Positions 9,503-18,694 of a DNA stretch of 32,000 bases are shown piece by piece. The stretch spans positions 960,001 through 992,000 of the forward strand of contig NZ_CP053627.1 in the NCBI RefSeq assembly GCF_013177435.1, written 5' to 3'. The position numbers and the translations under genes are program-made. This stretch comes from Xylella taiwanensis (lineage in GTDB: Bacteria > Pseudomonadota > Gammaproteobacteria > Xanthomonadales > Xanthomonadaceae). The notes below the pieces were generated by a model. It did not search any database. It worked only from the letters and a program-made list of their open reading frames with translations, and had not been told where the DNA came from. The stretch's first letter is position 1; each line of letters begins with the position of its first letter.

Positions 9503-10261
9503 ATGTCTGCATTCCTGCATCTCCGTTTTGTCCTTGTTGGTACTCAGCATCCGGGCAACGTCGGTGCCGCTGCCCGTGCGATGAAGACCATGGGGTTATC
9601 CCGTTTGGTGCTGGTTGCACCCGAATGCCGACTTGATGAACATGCGTACCGGCGTTCGGCGGGGGCTGAGGATGTCCTTGAAACCGCGCCGGTGCATACG
9701 GCGCTGGCCGATGCCGTCGCCGATTGCACATTTGTGCTGGGATGTACGGCGCGCGCGCGCCGCGTTGCGCTTGAGGAGCTGCGTCCAACAGTGGCGGCAT
9801 CCCGGATCTTGGCGAAAATTGACAAGGGCGGTGAAGTCGCGTTGCTGTTTGGGCGCGAGCGCACCGGACTGACCAACGAGGAGCTCCAGCTCTGCCATGC
9901 CGCGGTGCATATTCCCGCTGATCCGGCCTTCAGTTCGCTGAATTTGGCGGCAGCCGTGCAGATCTTGGCCTACGAGATGCGTTTGGCTTTTCTCGATGCG
10001 ATCTCTGCGCCAATCCACTCACTCTCAGCATTCCGGGAAGCACCCGCCAGTCACGCACACTTGGAAGGTTTGTTCGGCCAATTCAATCAAACCTTGGATG
10101 AGATCGATTTTCACAAGGGACGCGCACCGGAATCGGCCATGCGCAAGTTGCGTCGCCTGTTTGCCAAGGCCGAACTGACCGAGAAGGAAGTGAGGCTGCT
10201 TCGCGGCGTGCTCTCCGATGTCCAGCGCATCGCCATGCTAGGGCGCAAGTTCGAGACATGA
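9503..10261 (+). CDS. trmJ: tRNA (cytidine/uridine-2'-O)-methyltransferase TrmJ (SpoU/TrmH family)
   Basis: The ATG at 9503 gives [40 protein letters not shown], which closely follows the TrmJ N-terminus. The SPOUT knot region [32 protein letters not shown] is also present. Confidence 0.88.
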   Translation: MSAFLHLRFVLVGTQHPGNVGAAARAMKTMGLSRLVLVAPECRLDEHAYRRSAGAEDVLETAPVHTALADAVADCTFVLGCTARARRVALEELRPTVAASRILAKIDKGGEVALLFGRERTGLTNEELQLCHAAVHIPADPAFSSLNLAAAVQILAYEMRLAFLDAISAPIHSLSAFREAPASHAHLEGLFGQFNQTLDEIDFHKGRAPESAMRKLRRLFAKAELTEKEVRLLRGVLSDVQRIAMLGRKFET

Positions 10262-10510
10262 TCTGTGTCATGGCCTCGCGTGTTTCGTCAGGCGGCGTTG
10301 CTGCATTAAGGGGCAGGGGTGTTAGGGGTCGAGTGAATAAGAATGTAGGAGTCAATAGGTGCGTAGCGATGTCCAATAGATCGTTGGGGCAGTTGGGGAT
10401 CGTGCTCGATCTCATCCTCCACGACGGGCAGGATTGGGATGGCATCACTCTGCGTAATCCAGACGATGGACAGCCAACATCTGTGTGTCGAGTGGCTGCA
10501 TTGATGCCTT

Positions 10511-11539
10511 TTACAATGGGCGTTTGCTGCTGTCACCAGGGACTTCGCGTACTAAGCGTGGCACCAGATAACCCGACAGGCGCGCGGCTAACTCAGCGTG
10601 CAGTGCACGTGCACGCGCGTCCTCGACTTCGTAGTGGGCGGTGCCGGCGATGCGGTCGAGCTGGTGCAGGTAGTACGGCAATACCCCGGCGGCAAAGCTG
10701 CGTTCGCTCAATGCGGCCAGTGTATCGATGGTGTCGTTGACGCCGTGCAGCAGGACGGCTTGGTTGAGTAACTGTGTTCCGACATTGCGCAGTGCGGCTA
10801 GTGCGGCGTCCACACTGGTGTCGAATTCGTTGGCGTGGTTGGCGTGAATCACGAAGGCTACGGGCCAGGGAAGATCCCTGAGCCAATCGAGCAGTGGTGT
10901 GTCGACCCGTTCGGGAAGGACCACCGGCAGCCGGCTGTGGATGCGTAGGCGCCGCAGGTGGGGAATGCCGCGCAGCGCGTCGGTCAGCTCGGCCAGCTTG
11001 GCGGTAGACAACGACAGTGGGTCGCCGCCGGACAACACCACTTCCTCAATGGATGGATCAGCCCTGAGTAATGTTGCCGTTTCCTGCCAGCGGTTATGTG
11101 AGGCCGTGTCCTCAGCGTAGGGAAAGTGCCGCCGGAAGCAGTAGCGGCAGTGCACCGCGCAACTGCCAGTGGCGATGAGCAGGATGCGCCCTCGATATTT
11201 ATGGATGATCCCAGTTGCGCGTCTGGCGGCACTGTCGCCGACAGCATCCACACCGAAGCCGGCGATCTGGCGCTGTTCCGCGTCAATTGGCAGCACTTGG
11301 CGTAGTAGCGGATCGTTTAGGTCGCCAGGGCGCATCCGCGCCACGAACCCTCGTGGGACACGCAGCGGGAATTGGGTTGCAGCCGCCTCACTCATGCCGG
11401 CCGATGTGGGATCAAGTTCTAGCAGTGCAAGCAGCTCGCGTGGGTCGCGCACGGCCTCGCGCCATAACTGCTGCCAGCGTGGCGGCGGCAATGGACTGGC
11501 GGAGGATGGCTGTAAGGGACGAGAGGCTGCGGTTATCAT
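10511..11539 (-). CDS. epmB: EF-P beta-lysylation protein EpmB (lysine 2,3-aminomutase-like radical SAM enzyme)
   Basis: 342 aa counted from the ATG at 11539. It has the radical-SAM cluster CAVHCRYCFRR and VVLSGGDPL. It is divergent from efp. The listed 412-aa ORF is an upstream extension that runs into efp. Confidence 0.88.
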   Translation of the reverse strand: MITAASRPLQPSSASPLPPPRWQQLWREAVRDPRELLALLELDPTSAGMSEAAATQFPLRVPRGFVARMRPGDLNDPLLRQVLPIDAEQRQIAGFGVDAVGDSAARRATGIIHKYRGRILLIATGSCAVHCRYCFRRHFPYAEDTASHNRWQETATLLRADPSIEEVVLSGGDPLSLSTAKLAELTDALRGIPHLRRLRIHSRLPVVLPERVDTPLLDWLRDLPWPVAFVIHANHANEFDTSVDAALAALRNVGTQLLNQAVLLHGVNDTIDTLAALSERSFAAGVLPYYLHQLDRIAGTAHYEVEDARARALHAELAARLSGYLVPRLVREVPGDSSKRPL

Positions 11540-11641
11540 GCTGCGTTGGGAAAACCCTCGCCGTTCCCGGTGGGCTCCCGCATTGTATCCGCTCGCTTCT
11601 CCTGCCGCGGCGGTTTTTTTGTTTAATCGAGGAGCTTCAGC

Positions 11642-12208
11642 ATGGCCAGTTACGGCATGAACGATGTTAAGAACGGGATGAAGATCCTGGTCAACGCCGA
11701 ACCCGCAGTGATCACTGACACTGAATATGTGAAGCCCGGTAAGGGCCAAGCCTTTACTCGCGTGAAGTACCGTCTGATCAAGTCTGGTCGTGTACAGGAA
11801 CTCACCATGAAATCGACCGATTCACTTGAAGCAGCTGACGTTGTGGACACTGACATGCAGTATCTGTACAGCGATGGTGAGCACTGGCATTTCATGCAAC
11901 AGGAAACCTTCGAGCAAGTTCAAGCCGACAAAAACGGTATGGGCGGTGCTGAAAAATGGCTCAAAGGTGAGGAAGCGTGTGTGGTGACGCTCTGGAATGG
12001 GACTCCGATTGGGGTGCAGCCGCCAAACTTCGTCGAGCTGAAGATCATCGAAACCGATCCGGGGTTGCGTGGTGACACGTCCGGCGGCGGTGGTAAGCCG
12101 GCTACCTTAGAGACCGGTGCGGTGGTGCGTGTGCCGCTCTTCGTGAATCAAGACGAGGTGATCAGGGTCGATACCCGTTCTGGGGAGTACGTCTCGCGGG
12201 TGAAATAA
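11642..12208 (+). CDS. efp: Translation elongation factor P
   Basis: 188 aa with a GAGGAG RBS 8 nt upstream of the ATG. The modification loop VKPGKGQAF (Lys-type) is consistent with EpmA/EpmB lysylation. Confidence 0.95.
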   Translation: MASYGMNDVKNGMKILVNAEPAVITDTEYVKPGKGQAFTRVKYRLIKSGRVQELTMKSTDSLEAADVVDTDMQYLYSDGEHWHFMQQETFEQVQADKNGMGGAEKWLKGEEACVVTLWNGTPIGVQPPNFVELKIIETDPGLRGDTSGGGGKPATLETGAVVRVPLFVNQDEVIRVDTRSGEYVSRVK

Positions 12209-12345
12209 CCCTGTTCCTTGGCGGCTGACTGTGTGTGGTAGCCTCCACAAAGTGCGATGTCAGCCGATATGGGATCTGCAATGGCTGGCGCTCGTTTCAC
12301 AGACATGGCTAAGTCCTCCTACATCACCCTCTGCCCCACATTGTC

Positions 12346-13689
12346 ATGACCACTGCGCATCCCCCTTCTGAACCTTGTGACTTGCTGATTGAGGCTGGCT
12401 ACGTGGTCCCGATCGAGCCACATGCCATCGTGCTAGAACAGCATGCGGTCGCGGTCCGTGATGGTGGCATCGTTGGTGTGCTGCCGATCGCTGAGGCGCG
12501 GGTACGCTTTGCTCCGTCGCGGACGGTCAGCCGCCCTGACGCCGCGTTATTGCCGGGATTGGTCAACGCGCATACTCATAATCCGATGACGCTACTGCGT
12601 GGTATGGCCGATGACCTGCCACTGATGACATGGCTGCAACAGCACATCTGGCCGGTGGAGACAGCGGTCATCGGGCCAGAGTTCGTTGGTGATGGCACCG
12701 CCCTGGCCATTGCCGAGATGCTGCGCGGCGGCACCACATGCGCGAACGAAAACTATTTTTTCCCTGATGTGCAGGCGGCAGTCTATAAACAGCACGGTTT
12801 CCGCGCCCTGGTCGGTGCGGTGATCATCGATTTCCCGACGGCCTGGGCCAACAGCGACGACGAGTACTTTGCCCGTGCGATTGAGTTGCATGACCAGTGG
12901 CGTGACGATGCATTGATCGGTACCGCGTTTGCGCCACATGCACCATATACAGTGAGCGATGCGAATTTCGAGCGGGTGCGCCTGCTGGCCGATCAGCTCG
13001 ATGTTCCCGTGCATCTGCATACTCACGAGACGGCGCAGGAGATTACCGACTCGATCAAACAATATGGCCAGCGTCCGCTGGCGCGATTGCATCGGCTTGG
13101 TGTGGTCAATGATCGCTTGATTGCGGTGCATATGACGCAGTTGACCGATGCTGAGATCCAGTTGTGCGCCACCGCCGGTGTCAGTGTGGTGCATTGTCCG
13201 GAATCCAATCTCAAACTGGCTTCCGGTTTTTGCCCGGCCTTCGCATTGCAGCGTGCCGGGGTGAACCTTGCCATTGGCACGGACGGTTGTGCCAGTAACA
13301 ATGATCTGGACATGTTCAGCGAAAATCGCATTGCAGCTCTCTTGGCGAAAGCTGTTGCTCACGATCCTACCGCGCTGGACGCGGCCACCACGTTGCGTGC
13401 GGCGACCTTGGGTGGTGCCCGCGCCCTCGGTTTCGGCGATGTGATTGGTTCGATTGAGGTTGGCAAGCAGGCCGACCTGATCTGCGTGGACCTTGCGGCG
13501 CTCGAGACTCAACCGTTGCACCACGTGCTCTCGCAGCTGGTTTACGCCGCAGGTCGTCAGCACGTCAGTGACGTGTGGATTGCCGGGCGGCCCAAATTGG
13601 TGCAGCGTGAACTCATTGACATTGATGTGGTTGGCCTGGTCGCTAAGGCGCGCCAGTGGCGCGAGCGCATCCGCGCCATCCGCGCTTGA
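12346..13689 (+). CDS. mtaD: Amidohydrolase-superfamily deaminase, 5'-methylthioadenosine/S-adenosylhomocysteine deaminase-like (TRZ/ATZ family)
   Basis: 447 aa. Metal-binding signatures are VNAHTHNPMTLLRG, HLHTHET, VHCPESNLKL, and GTDGCASNNDLDM. Substrate assignment rests on family resemblance and on adjacency to ubiG, as in Pseudomonas. Confidence 0.7.
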   Translation: MTTAHPPSEPCDLLIEAGYVVPIEPHAIVLEQHAVAVRDGGIVGVLPIAEARVRFAPSRTVSRPDAALLPGLVNAHTHNPMTLLRGMADDLPLMTWLQQHIWPVETAVIGPEFVGDGTALAIAEMLRGGTTCANENYFFPDVQAAVYKQHGFRALVGAVIIDFPTAWANSDDEYFARAIELHDQWRDDALIGTAFAPHAPYTVSDANFERVRLLADQLDVPVHLHTHETAQEITDSIKQYGQRPLARLHRLGVVNDRLIAVHMTQLTDAEIQLCATAGVSVVHCPESNLKLASGFCPAFALQRAGVNLAIGTDGCASNNDLDMFSENRIAALLAKAVAHDPTALDAATTLRAATLGGARALGFGDVIGSIEVGKQADLICVDLAALETQPLHHVLSQLVYAAGRQHVSDVWIAGRPKLVQRELIDIDVVGLVAKARQWRERIRAIRA

Positions 13690-13719
13690 ATCCTGCGTAC
13701 CGTTTCACGGAGATTCGCC

Positions 13720-14457
13720 ATGCCTTCCTCTGATGACAGCGTTTCCAAAAATTACCGCCAGAGTGAACTGGACAAGTTTGCTGCCTTTACGAGTGGTTGG
13801 TGGGATCCTGATGGACCGCAGAAGCCATTGCATGCGTTGAATCCGGTGCGTTTGGACTACATGGCGGCGCGTGTGCCGCTGTCTGGTGCCCGTGTGCTTG
13901 ATGTCGGTTGTGGCGGAGGACTGCTCAGTGAGGCGTTAGCGCGCCAAGGTGCACAGGTCACCGCGATTGACCTGGCTCCGAAACTGATCGAGGTGGCCCG
14001 GCTGCATGGTGTGGAATCGGGTGTCCAGGTGGATTATCGAATACAGGCGGTCGAGGCATTGGCGGCTGAACAGTCAGCTGAGTTTGATGCGATCGCCTGC
14101 ATGGAGATGCTTGAACATGTCCCCGATCCGCATGCAATTGTGGAGGCCTGCGCGCGCCTGTTGAAGCCTGGAGGCAGGTTCTTTCTGTCCACGATTAACC
14201 GAACCCTGGCCGCGTTCATGCTGGCCGTGGTGGGTGCTGAGTATGTAGTACGCCTGTTGCCTAAGGGCACCCATCAATACAAAGACTTCATCAGGCCGGC
14301 TGAACTGGCGGCTTGGTTGCGTCACGCTGGGCTGCATTTGGAAGATGTCAGCGGCATGCTGTACGAGCCGTGGCGCAATCGTGCACGGCTCACATCGCGT
14401 ACTGAAGTCAATTATCTTGCCTGCGCGATCCGTCCGGAGAGTCCCCATGCCGCTTAA
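13720..14457 (+). CDS. ubiG: Ubiquinone biosynthesis O-methyltransferase
   Basis: 245 aa. It shows the [22 protein letters not shown]-terminal pattern, SAM motif I ([13 protein letters not shown]), and [11 protein letters not shown]. Confidence 0.92.
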   Translation: MPSSDDSVSKNYRQSELDKFAAFTSGWWDPDGPQKPLHALNPVRLDYMAARVPLSGARVLDVGCGGGLLSEALARQGAQVTAIDLAPKLIEVARLHGVESGVQVDYRIQAVEALAAEQSAEFDAIACMEMLEHVPDPHAIVEACARLLKPGGRFFLSTINRTLAAFMLAVVGAEYVVRLLPKGTHQYKDFIRPAELAAWLRHAGLHLEDVSGMLYEPWRNRARLTSRTEVNYLACAIRPESPHAA

Positions 14458-15136
14458 TGTGTTGTCCAGGACGAAGTTCCCGCGCGCGGTGTTGTTCGAT
14501 TTGGATGGCACGTTACTCGATAGCGCCCCGGACATGCTCGCGACTGCCAACGCGATGTTGGCGGCGCGTGGCCGTGCGCCGCTCAAATTAGCGCAGTTAC
14601 GTCCGGTCGTCTCCAAAGGTGCATACGCGATCATCACTGTGGCCTTCCCAGAACTGGATGCAGCAGCGCTCCAGGGGCTGGTGCCGGAGTTTCTGCAGCG
14701 CTACGAGGTACTGATTGGTAGCGCCTCGGGTCCGTTTGATGGTGTTGAGGTGATGCTGGATGCCCTGGAGCGCGCGGGGACAGTGTGGGGGATTGTCACT
14801 AACAAGGCAGAGTTTTTAGCGCGACTGATCTTGCCGTTACTGGGATGGGCCTCTCGCTGTGCCGTGCTCATCGGGGGCGATACGTTGGCGCAGCGTAAAC
14901 CGCATCCATTACCGTTGTTGACCGCCGCCGAACGTATCGGCGTGATGCCTGGGGAGTGTGTTTACGTGGGTGACGATGTGTGCGACATCCTTGCTGCACG
15001 TGCGGCGGGGATGCCATCGGTGGTTGCACTGTGGGGCTATCGGCCGCATGAAGACAACCCAAGGACTTGGCAGGCAGATGGTGTGGCTGGACAGCCACAG
15101 GTGTTGAGTCAGCCTGATGCCTGGCCCGGCACTTGA
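14447..15136 (+). CDS. HAD-superfamily phosphatase, phosphoglycolate phosphatase (Gph) / MurNAc-6-P phosphatase (MupP)-like
   Basis: The ATG at 14447 overlaps the ubiG end by 11 nt. HAD motif I is [12 protein letters not shown], motif II is GIVTNK, and motifs III/IV are KPHP..YVGDD. The position right after ubiG is that of mupP in Pseudomonas (from memory). The sequence alone does not separate Gph from MupP. Confidence 0.75.
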   Translation: MPLNVLSRTKFPRAVLFDLDGTLLDSAPDMLATANAMLAARGRAPLKLAQLRPVVSKGAYAIITVAFPELDAAALQGLVPEFLQRYEVLIGSASGPFDGVEVMLDALERAGTVWGIVTNKAEFLARLILPLLGWASRCAVLIGGDTLAQRKPHPLPLLTAAERIGVMPGECVYVGDDVCDILAARAAGMPSVVALWGYRPHEDNPRTWQADGVAGQPQVLSQPDAWPGT

Positions 15137-15139
15137 GCA

Positions 15140-15850
15140 TTGTCTGACTGTGTACCGGCGGTGAGTCGATCCAGTGCCTTGGATAGTTTCCTGGACAAGT
15201 GGTTGGACCGCTGGCCGGAGTGGTCAGTGGCTGAACTGTTTATCCCTGAACCGCAGCGGCGTCTGGTGATGGCATGGTTCACCCTGCTGCAAGAGTTCGA
15301 AGATGTCATGAATGTCGCTGGCGACCCGCTGCCAGCCGATGCCAAGCTCGCGTGGTGGCAGCAGGAACTGATTGACTGGGCTGCGCAGCGCTCGCGGCAT
15401 CCGCTCGGGCGGTTGTTGGAGCCGGTACGTGCACCCTGGGCCGTGTTAGCGGATGCGCTGCCGGCGGTGCAGGTGGCGCGCCGGCGTCCTGATTCATTTG
15501 AGCAGGCATTATTGCCATTGCAGCCGCTGGTGGAAGCCGTTGCTGCGGTGGAGGCTGTAGCGTTTGCGCGTATCGAGGGTACCGACAGACGTGCACTTGC
15601 ATTGCAATGGTTGGATGCGCGTCACCGGGCGATTGGCGCGGCCGCGGCGCCTGCAGGAGTCAGTATCGCGGCGTGGCGTGCACAACTGCTTGCGGCGTGG
15701 CCTGTTAAGCCAACACTGGTACGGCCGCACCGGATCTGGTCGCGTCTGATGCGGTTGCGGTTACATCGCCAAGTGCTTGGTCAGCACGGCAATCCATCGC
15801 CATTACAGCAACTTTGGCATAGCTGGCGTGCCGCCAGCGGTGGAGATTGA
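15140..15850 (+). CDS. Hypothetical protein, distant squalene/phytoene-synthase-like fold (non-canonical)
   Basis: 236-aa ORF with a TTG start (GTG at 15161 is possible). The pattern LVMAWFTLLQEFEDVMN..AKLAWWQQEL..RHPLGRLL resembles the N-terminal helices of the SQS/PSY family. The first Asp-rich motif is replaced by QEFED. The family call is from memory and not verified. Confidence 0.45.
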   Translation: MSDCVPAVSRSSALDSFLDKWLDRWPEWSVAELFIPEPQRRLVMAWFTLLQEFEDVMNVAGDPLPADAKLAWWQQELIDWAAQRSRHPLGRLLEPVRAPWAVLADALPAVQVARRRPDSFEQALLPLQPLVEAVAAVEAVAFARIEGTDRRALALQWLDARHRAIGAAAAPAGVSIAAWRAQLLAAWPVKPTLVRPHRIWSRLMRLRLHRQVLGQHGNPSPLQQLWHSWRAASGGD

Positions 15851-15859
15851 GGGGGGATG

Positions 15860-16343
15860 GAAGTGATTTCTTTCCTTGCCTGCGGGAATGACCCTGGCGG
15901 CGATGCTGGCCACAATGGTCGCCGAACACGGCATGGATGCAGCCATGTCTCGCTGTCTGGCGTGGTGTTCCCCCACACCGCTCAGACAGAAGCATCAGAT
16001 CTCAACGCCCTGCTGTAGCTGGCACGGCGTGACGCTGTCATTGCTAAACCTGCACGCAGACAGCGGATGTTTGCCAAGTGCGGCATGGTGAACCAACCAC
16101 TCGACACCACTGGGTACGCGGTCTGGTCCTTGCTCGCCCTGGCGCGATCTAAGTGGACAACAGGCGTGAATCACAGAGGGAGACACTGGATGCGATGATC
16201 TATGTTCGCATCGTGCTCAGGGGCAGCGGTGAGCCACGCGTGGATCAGTGCATCGTTGCGCTTGCAGAGACCCAGGATTCGCTGCAGCGCACTGGTGACT
16301 ACGTCGGTCCAAATCCGAGCAGGCACCTTCCAGCGTCACGCAT
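15860..16343 (-). pseudogene. Possible relic of metW (methionine biosynthesis protein MetW)
   Basis: An ATG overlaps the metX stop (TGATG, 16341-16345) and opens MRDAGRCLLGFGPT*. Across shifting frames there are collinear weak matches to MetW as I remember it: M-R-x-D, ARIWTD versus SRVLDLG, EHDANI versus EIDADNI, FTPVV versus FDVVV, IRC..G.AMT.S versus WRC..GRMPVS, and WGNTTPD versus WYNTPN. The evidence is weak. Confidence 0.3.
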
Positions 16344-17455
16344 CACAATGCGTCCAGAAATTCCCTCACTGGGGGGCCGAATCCCTCGACATCCACAAGG
16401 AACGCATCATGCCCCTGCGGCGAGTCAAGGCCCAGGAATGTGGCCTGCGTACCACCGCGGCGCAGCCCTTCGGCAATCTGTTTTTGCTGCTGTACTGGAA
16501 AGAGGATGTCGGTATGGGTACCGATAGCCAGGGCACGTTGGATGCGGATCATGGCGAGTCCTGCAAGGATGTCCCCATTGGCGTACTCGGCTACATCAAA
16601 CCAGTCCATCGAGCGGCTCAGGTACAGGTAGCAATTCGGGTCGAAGGTGTGCACGAAGCGGCGTGCATGGCTTTCCAGGTAGTTTTCGACTTGGAATTCC
16701 AGTCCAAAGGGATTGTCGTTGGTTTGATCCGAATCCAAGCGTACCCGGCCGAAGCGTCCGTCCCATTCCAGCGCTGAGCGGTAGGTGATTACACCGAGTT
16801 TGCGTGCCATGCGCAGCCCCGACTCTGGGTAATGGGTATCGTCGTAGTGACCACTTTTCCAATTGGGGTCCAAGCGGATCGCTTCGCGTTGCAGCGAGCG
16901 GATAGCGATCGAAAACGGTAATGCCTGCGCACTGCCGGAAATATTGATGTGACGGCGGGCGATGTCGGGATGTAACAGCAGGATGGCTAGCGCGGTCATC
17001 CCCCCCATTGAATTGCCGATCAGGCAGGCAAGCTGGTCGATGCCGAGCGCATGCACGACTTCGATGGCGGCATTGGCACCGTCTTCGATCGAAAGTTCGG
17101 GAAAGTCCAGACGATATGTAGCATTCGTGATGGGGTTGAGCGACGCAGGGCCGGTAGATCCTTTGCAACTGCCTAGCGAATTGACGCAGACCACAAACCA
17201 ACGGTCTGTGTCGATGGGTTTACCTGGACCCAGCATCGACTCCCACCACCCTGGTTCAGGGTTGCTGTTATGGCGTGCGGCATGGGCATTGGGTGACAAG
17301 CCAGTCACGATCAGCACGGCATTGGTGGCGCTGGCATTCAGCCGGCCCCATGTTTCGTAGGCGATGTGGGCGCCGTGCAGGTGTCCGCCACGCTTCATCG
17401 GGAATGGAGAGGAAAGCGCATGGAACCGGCTGCCTGGAGGGATAAATTCGGTCAT
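16343..17455 (-). CDS. metX: Homoserine O-acyltransferase (MetX; acetyl or succinyl specificity not decidable from sequence)
   Basis: 370 aa with an alpha/beta-hydrolase fold. The nucleophile elbow is LIGNSMGGMTAL. Typical MetX blocks are present: IAYETWG, HAARH..PGWWE, FVVCVNSLGSCKGSTGP, and GHDAFL. Confidence 0.9.
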   Translation of the reverse strand: MTEFIPPGSRFHALSSPFPMKRGGHLHGAHIAYETWGRLNASATNAVLIVTGLSPNAHAARHNSNPEPGWWESMLGPGKPIDTDRWFVVCVNSLGSCKGSTGPASLNPITNATYRLDFPELSIEDGANAAIEVVHALGIDQLACLIGNSMGGMTALAILLLHPDIARRHINISGSAQALPFSIAIRSLQREAIRLDPNWKSGHYDDTHYPESGLRMARKLGVITYRSALEWDGRFGRVRLDSDQTNDNPFGLEFQVENYLESHARRFVHTFDPNCYLYLSRSMDWFDVAEYANGDILAGLAMIRIQRALAIGTHTDILFPVQQQKQIAEGLRRGGTQATFLGLDSPQGHDAFLVDVEGFGPPVREFLDAL

Positions 17456-17891
17456 TGCAGAATTCTAGCCATGTGGCTACCTAAGTATTGAGTGAGGTGT
17501 GTCTCACCCAATGTGGGATGTGTGGTTGTTGTGCACCGTGGTGGTTGGGGATCCTCATATCGCCGACGGTGCACCCATGTTGCCTGACGTTTGATGTCGG
17601 AGCAGGGGGGCGAGAGGAAAGCAGCTCGAGTAAGTAAGACGTTCAGAGGGTGCTGCCTGTGCGACGAGCTGCGGCAGATTTTCCCATCGCAATGCTGGAG
17701 TGTGAGTGCCACCGGCTTTGTTGCTGGCAGAACCACTGTCACCGGAGCACACGCTAGGGTTTTGGTGTGTGGCTGAGCATGACTGTTGCGTGATAGATGG
17801 GCAGGTTCTTCTACCCGCTTTAGGTTTGAACGTGTCTGGTTTGGTATCAGGTGGATGCTGTTATCAAAGACGCTCTGTAGCGGCGTTTACT

Positions 17892-18098
17892 TTAGGGGGG
17901 CCGATCACGGCCACAGATGTTGACGAGCTGGGGGTGTGCGAAGACGGGGCACACAGCGCTGCTTTGCGGTGCAGGTGTGAAAACGTGGTTCCTTCGCATG
18001 GTATCGCGATCGTGCAGTGGTGTTGGATCACTGATCAGTGGTGCCGAAATGGCAACAGGCATGGCCGTACACCGCAGGAGTGCAAGCGTGTGTTTCAT
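17892..18098 (-). pseudogene. ccmH: ccmH relic (N-terminal part only; CXXC degraded)
   Basis: The ATG overlaps the ccmG stop (ATGA at 18095-18098), as in intact ccm operons. A signal-like N-terminus is followed by ..DPTPLHDRD..SSAVCPVFAHPQ.., where CcmH carries LRCPxCQNQS. The second Cys is replaced by Phe. A stop follows after 68 codons, and I saw no clean continuation. Confidence 0.5.
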
Positions 18099-18694
18099 GG
18101 TGCTGGATGCAATGCTGGTGCGGCGGTCGGTGAACGTTCGATGTCGGCGAGTGCCGGTAACAGCTTGTGTTCGATCATGTCCTGATTTAGAGCGCCGCTA
18201 TGATTCCAGCGCACGATGCCACGTCCATCAATTAAGAATGTTGCTGGTGCCGTGGTCACGCCCCAATCGATGGCGGTTTTTCCTTCCGCATCTGACACCA
18301 CGAGTAGATACGGATTGCCCAACTGCTCGAGCCACTGTAGTGCATCTTCCCGCCGGTCTTTCCAGTTGTAGCCGATCACACGCACGCGCTTGCTCAGTGC
18401 GAACTGAGTCAGTACCGGCTGTTCGGCGGTGCAGGCCGCACACCAACTGCCCCAGATGTGGAGCAGATAGGGGGCACCGGCCAGATCGGTGCTGCTGATT
18501 TCCATTGAGGGATCGTGCAGCAGTGGCAGTGAGAACGTTGGTGCCGATTTTCCGATCAGTGCTGAGGATACTTGGTCGCGTGCTGTATCCCAGGAGCGCA
18601 TGACGGCGAAGGTGAGCAGTGCGATCAGGATCAGCAATGCAATGGCACCGGCTAACAGGAGGGGGACGGGTAAGCGGCGGGGTGAATCAGACAT
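18095..18694 (-). CDS. ccmG: Thiol:disulfide oxidoreductase CcmG/DsbE (membrane-anchored thioredoxin fold), intact
   Basis: 199 aa that aligns end to end with E. coli DsbE from memory. Matches include the TM anchor, SALIGKSAPTF, the active site WGSWCAAC, LGNPY, and GVTTAPATFLIDGRGIVRWNHSG. There are no stops or frameshifts. Confidence 0.88.
   Translation of the reverse strand: MSDSPRRLPVPLLLAGAIALLILIALLTFAVMRSWDTARDQVSSALIGKSAPTFSLPLLHDPSMEISSTDLAGAPYLLHIWGSWCAACTAEQPVLTQFALSKRVRVIGYNWKDRREDALQWLEQLGNPYLLVVSDAEGKTAIDWGVTTAPATFLIDGRGIVRWNHSGALNQDMIEHKLLPALADIERSPTAAPALHPAP

Noticed and set aside
9384-9800. N-terminal extensions of listed ORFs: the 414-aa form of suhB, the 412-aa form of epmB reaching 11749, the 409-aa form of ybdL from 22941, and the 263-aa form of the HAD gene from 14345.
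   Set aside because: Homology starts at internal ATG codons (9383, 11539, 23022, 14447). The upstream parts are low-complexity read-through that overlaps neighbouring genes or promoters.
12592-13563. A 323-aa ORF antisense to mtaD. Similar long shadow ORFs occur elsewhere, for example 983-1459, 3178-3786, 3873-4364, 9544-10018, 14074-14637, 16596-17201, 24469-24930 and 25134-25535.
   Set aside because: All lie inside, and antisense or out of frame to, genes with strong family signatures. Their products are Arg/Pro/His/Cys-rich with no family resemblance. This is the usual open-frame artefact on the opposite strand of GC-biased genes.
16153-16777. Plus-strand ORFs 16153-16527 and 16202-16777 span the metX 3' end and the downstream spacer.
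   Set aside because: They mostly overlap metX antisense, have no family resemblance, and show biased composition. The spacer is better explained as a possible metW relic on the minus strand.
17456-17700. A possible SAM riboswitch in the metX leader. The minus strand contains CUUACUCGAG...GGCAAC...GGUGCA...GAUAUGAGG, loosely reminiscent of SAM-I.
   Set aside because: I could not form the P1 helix. The conserved GAGGGA/GCCC core elements are absent. The resemblance is limited to a few short words. An Rfam cmscan would be needed to revive this.
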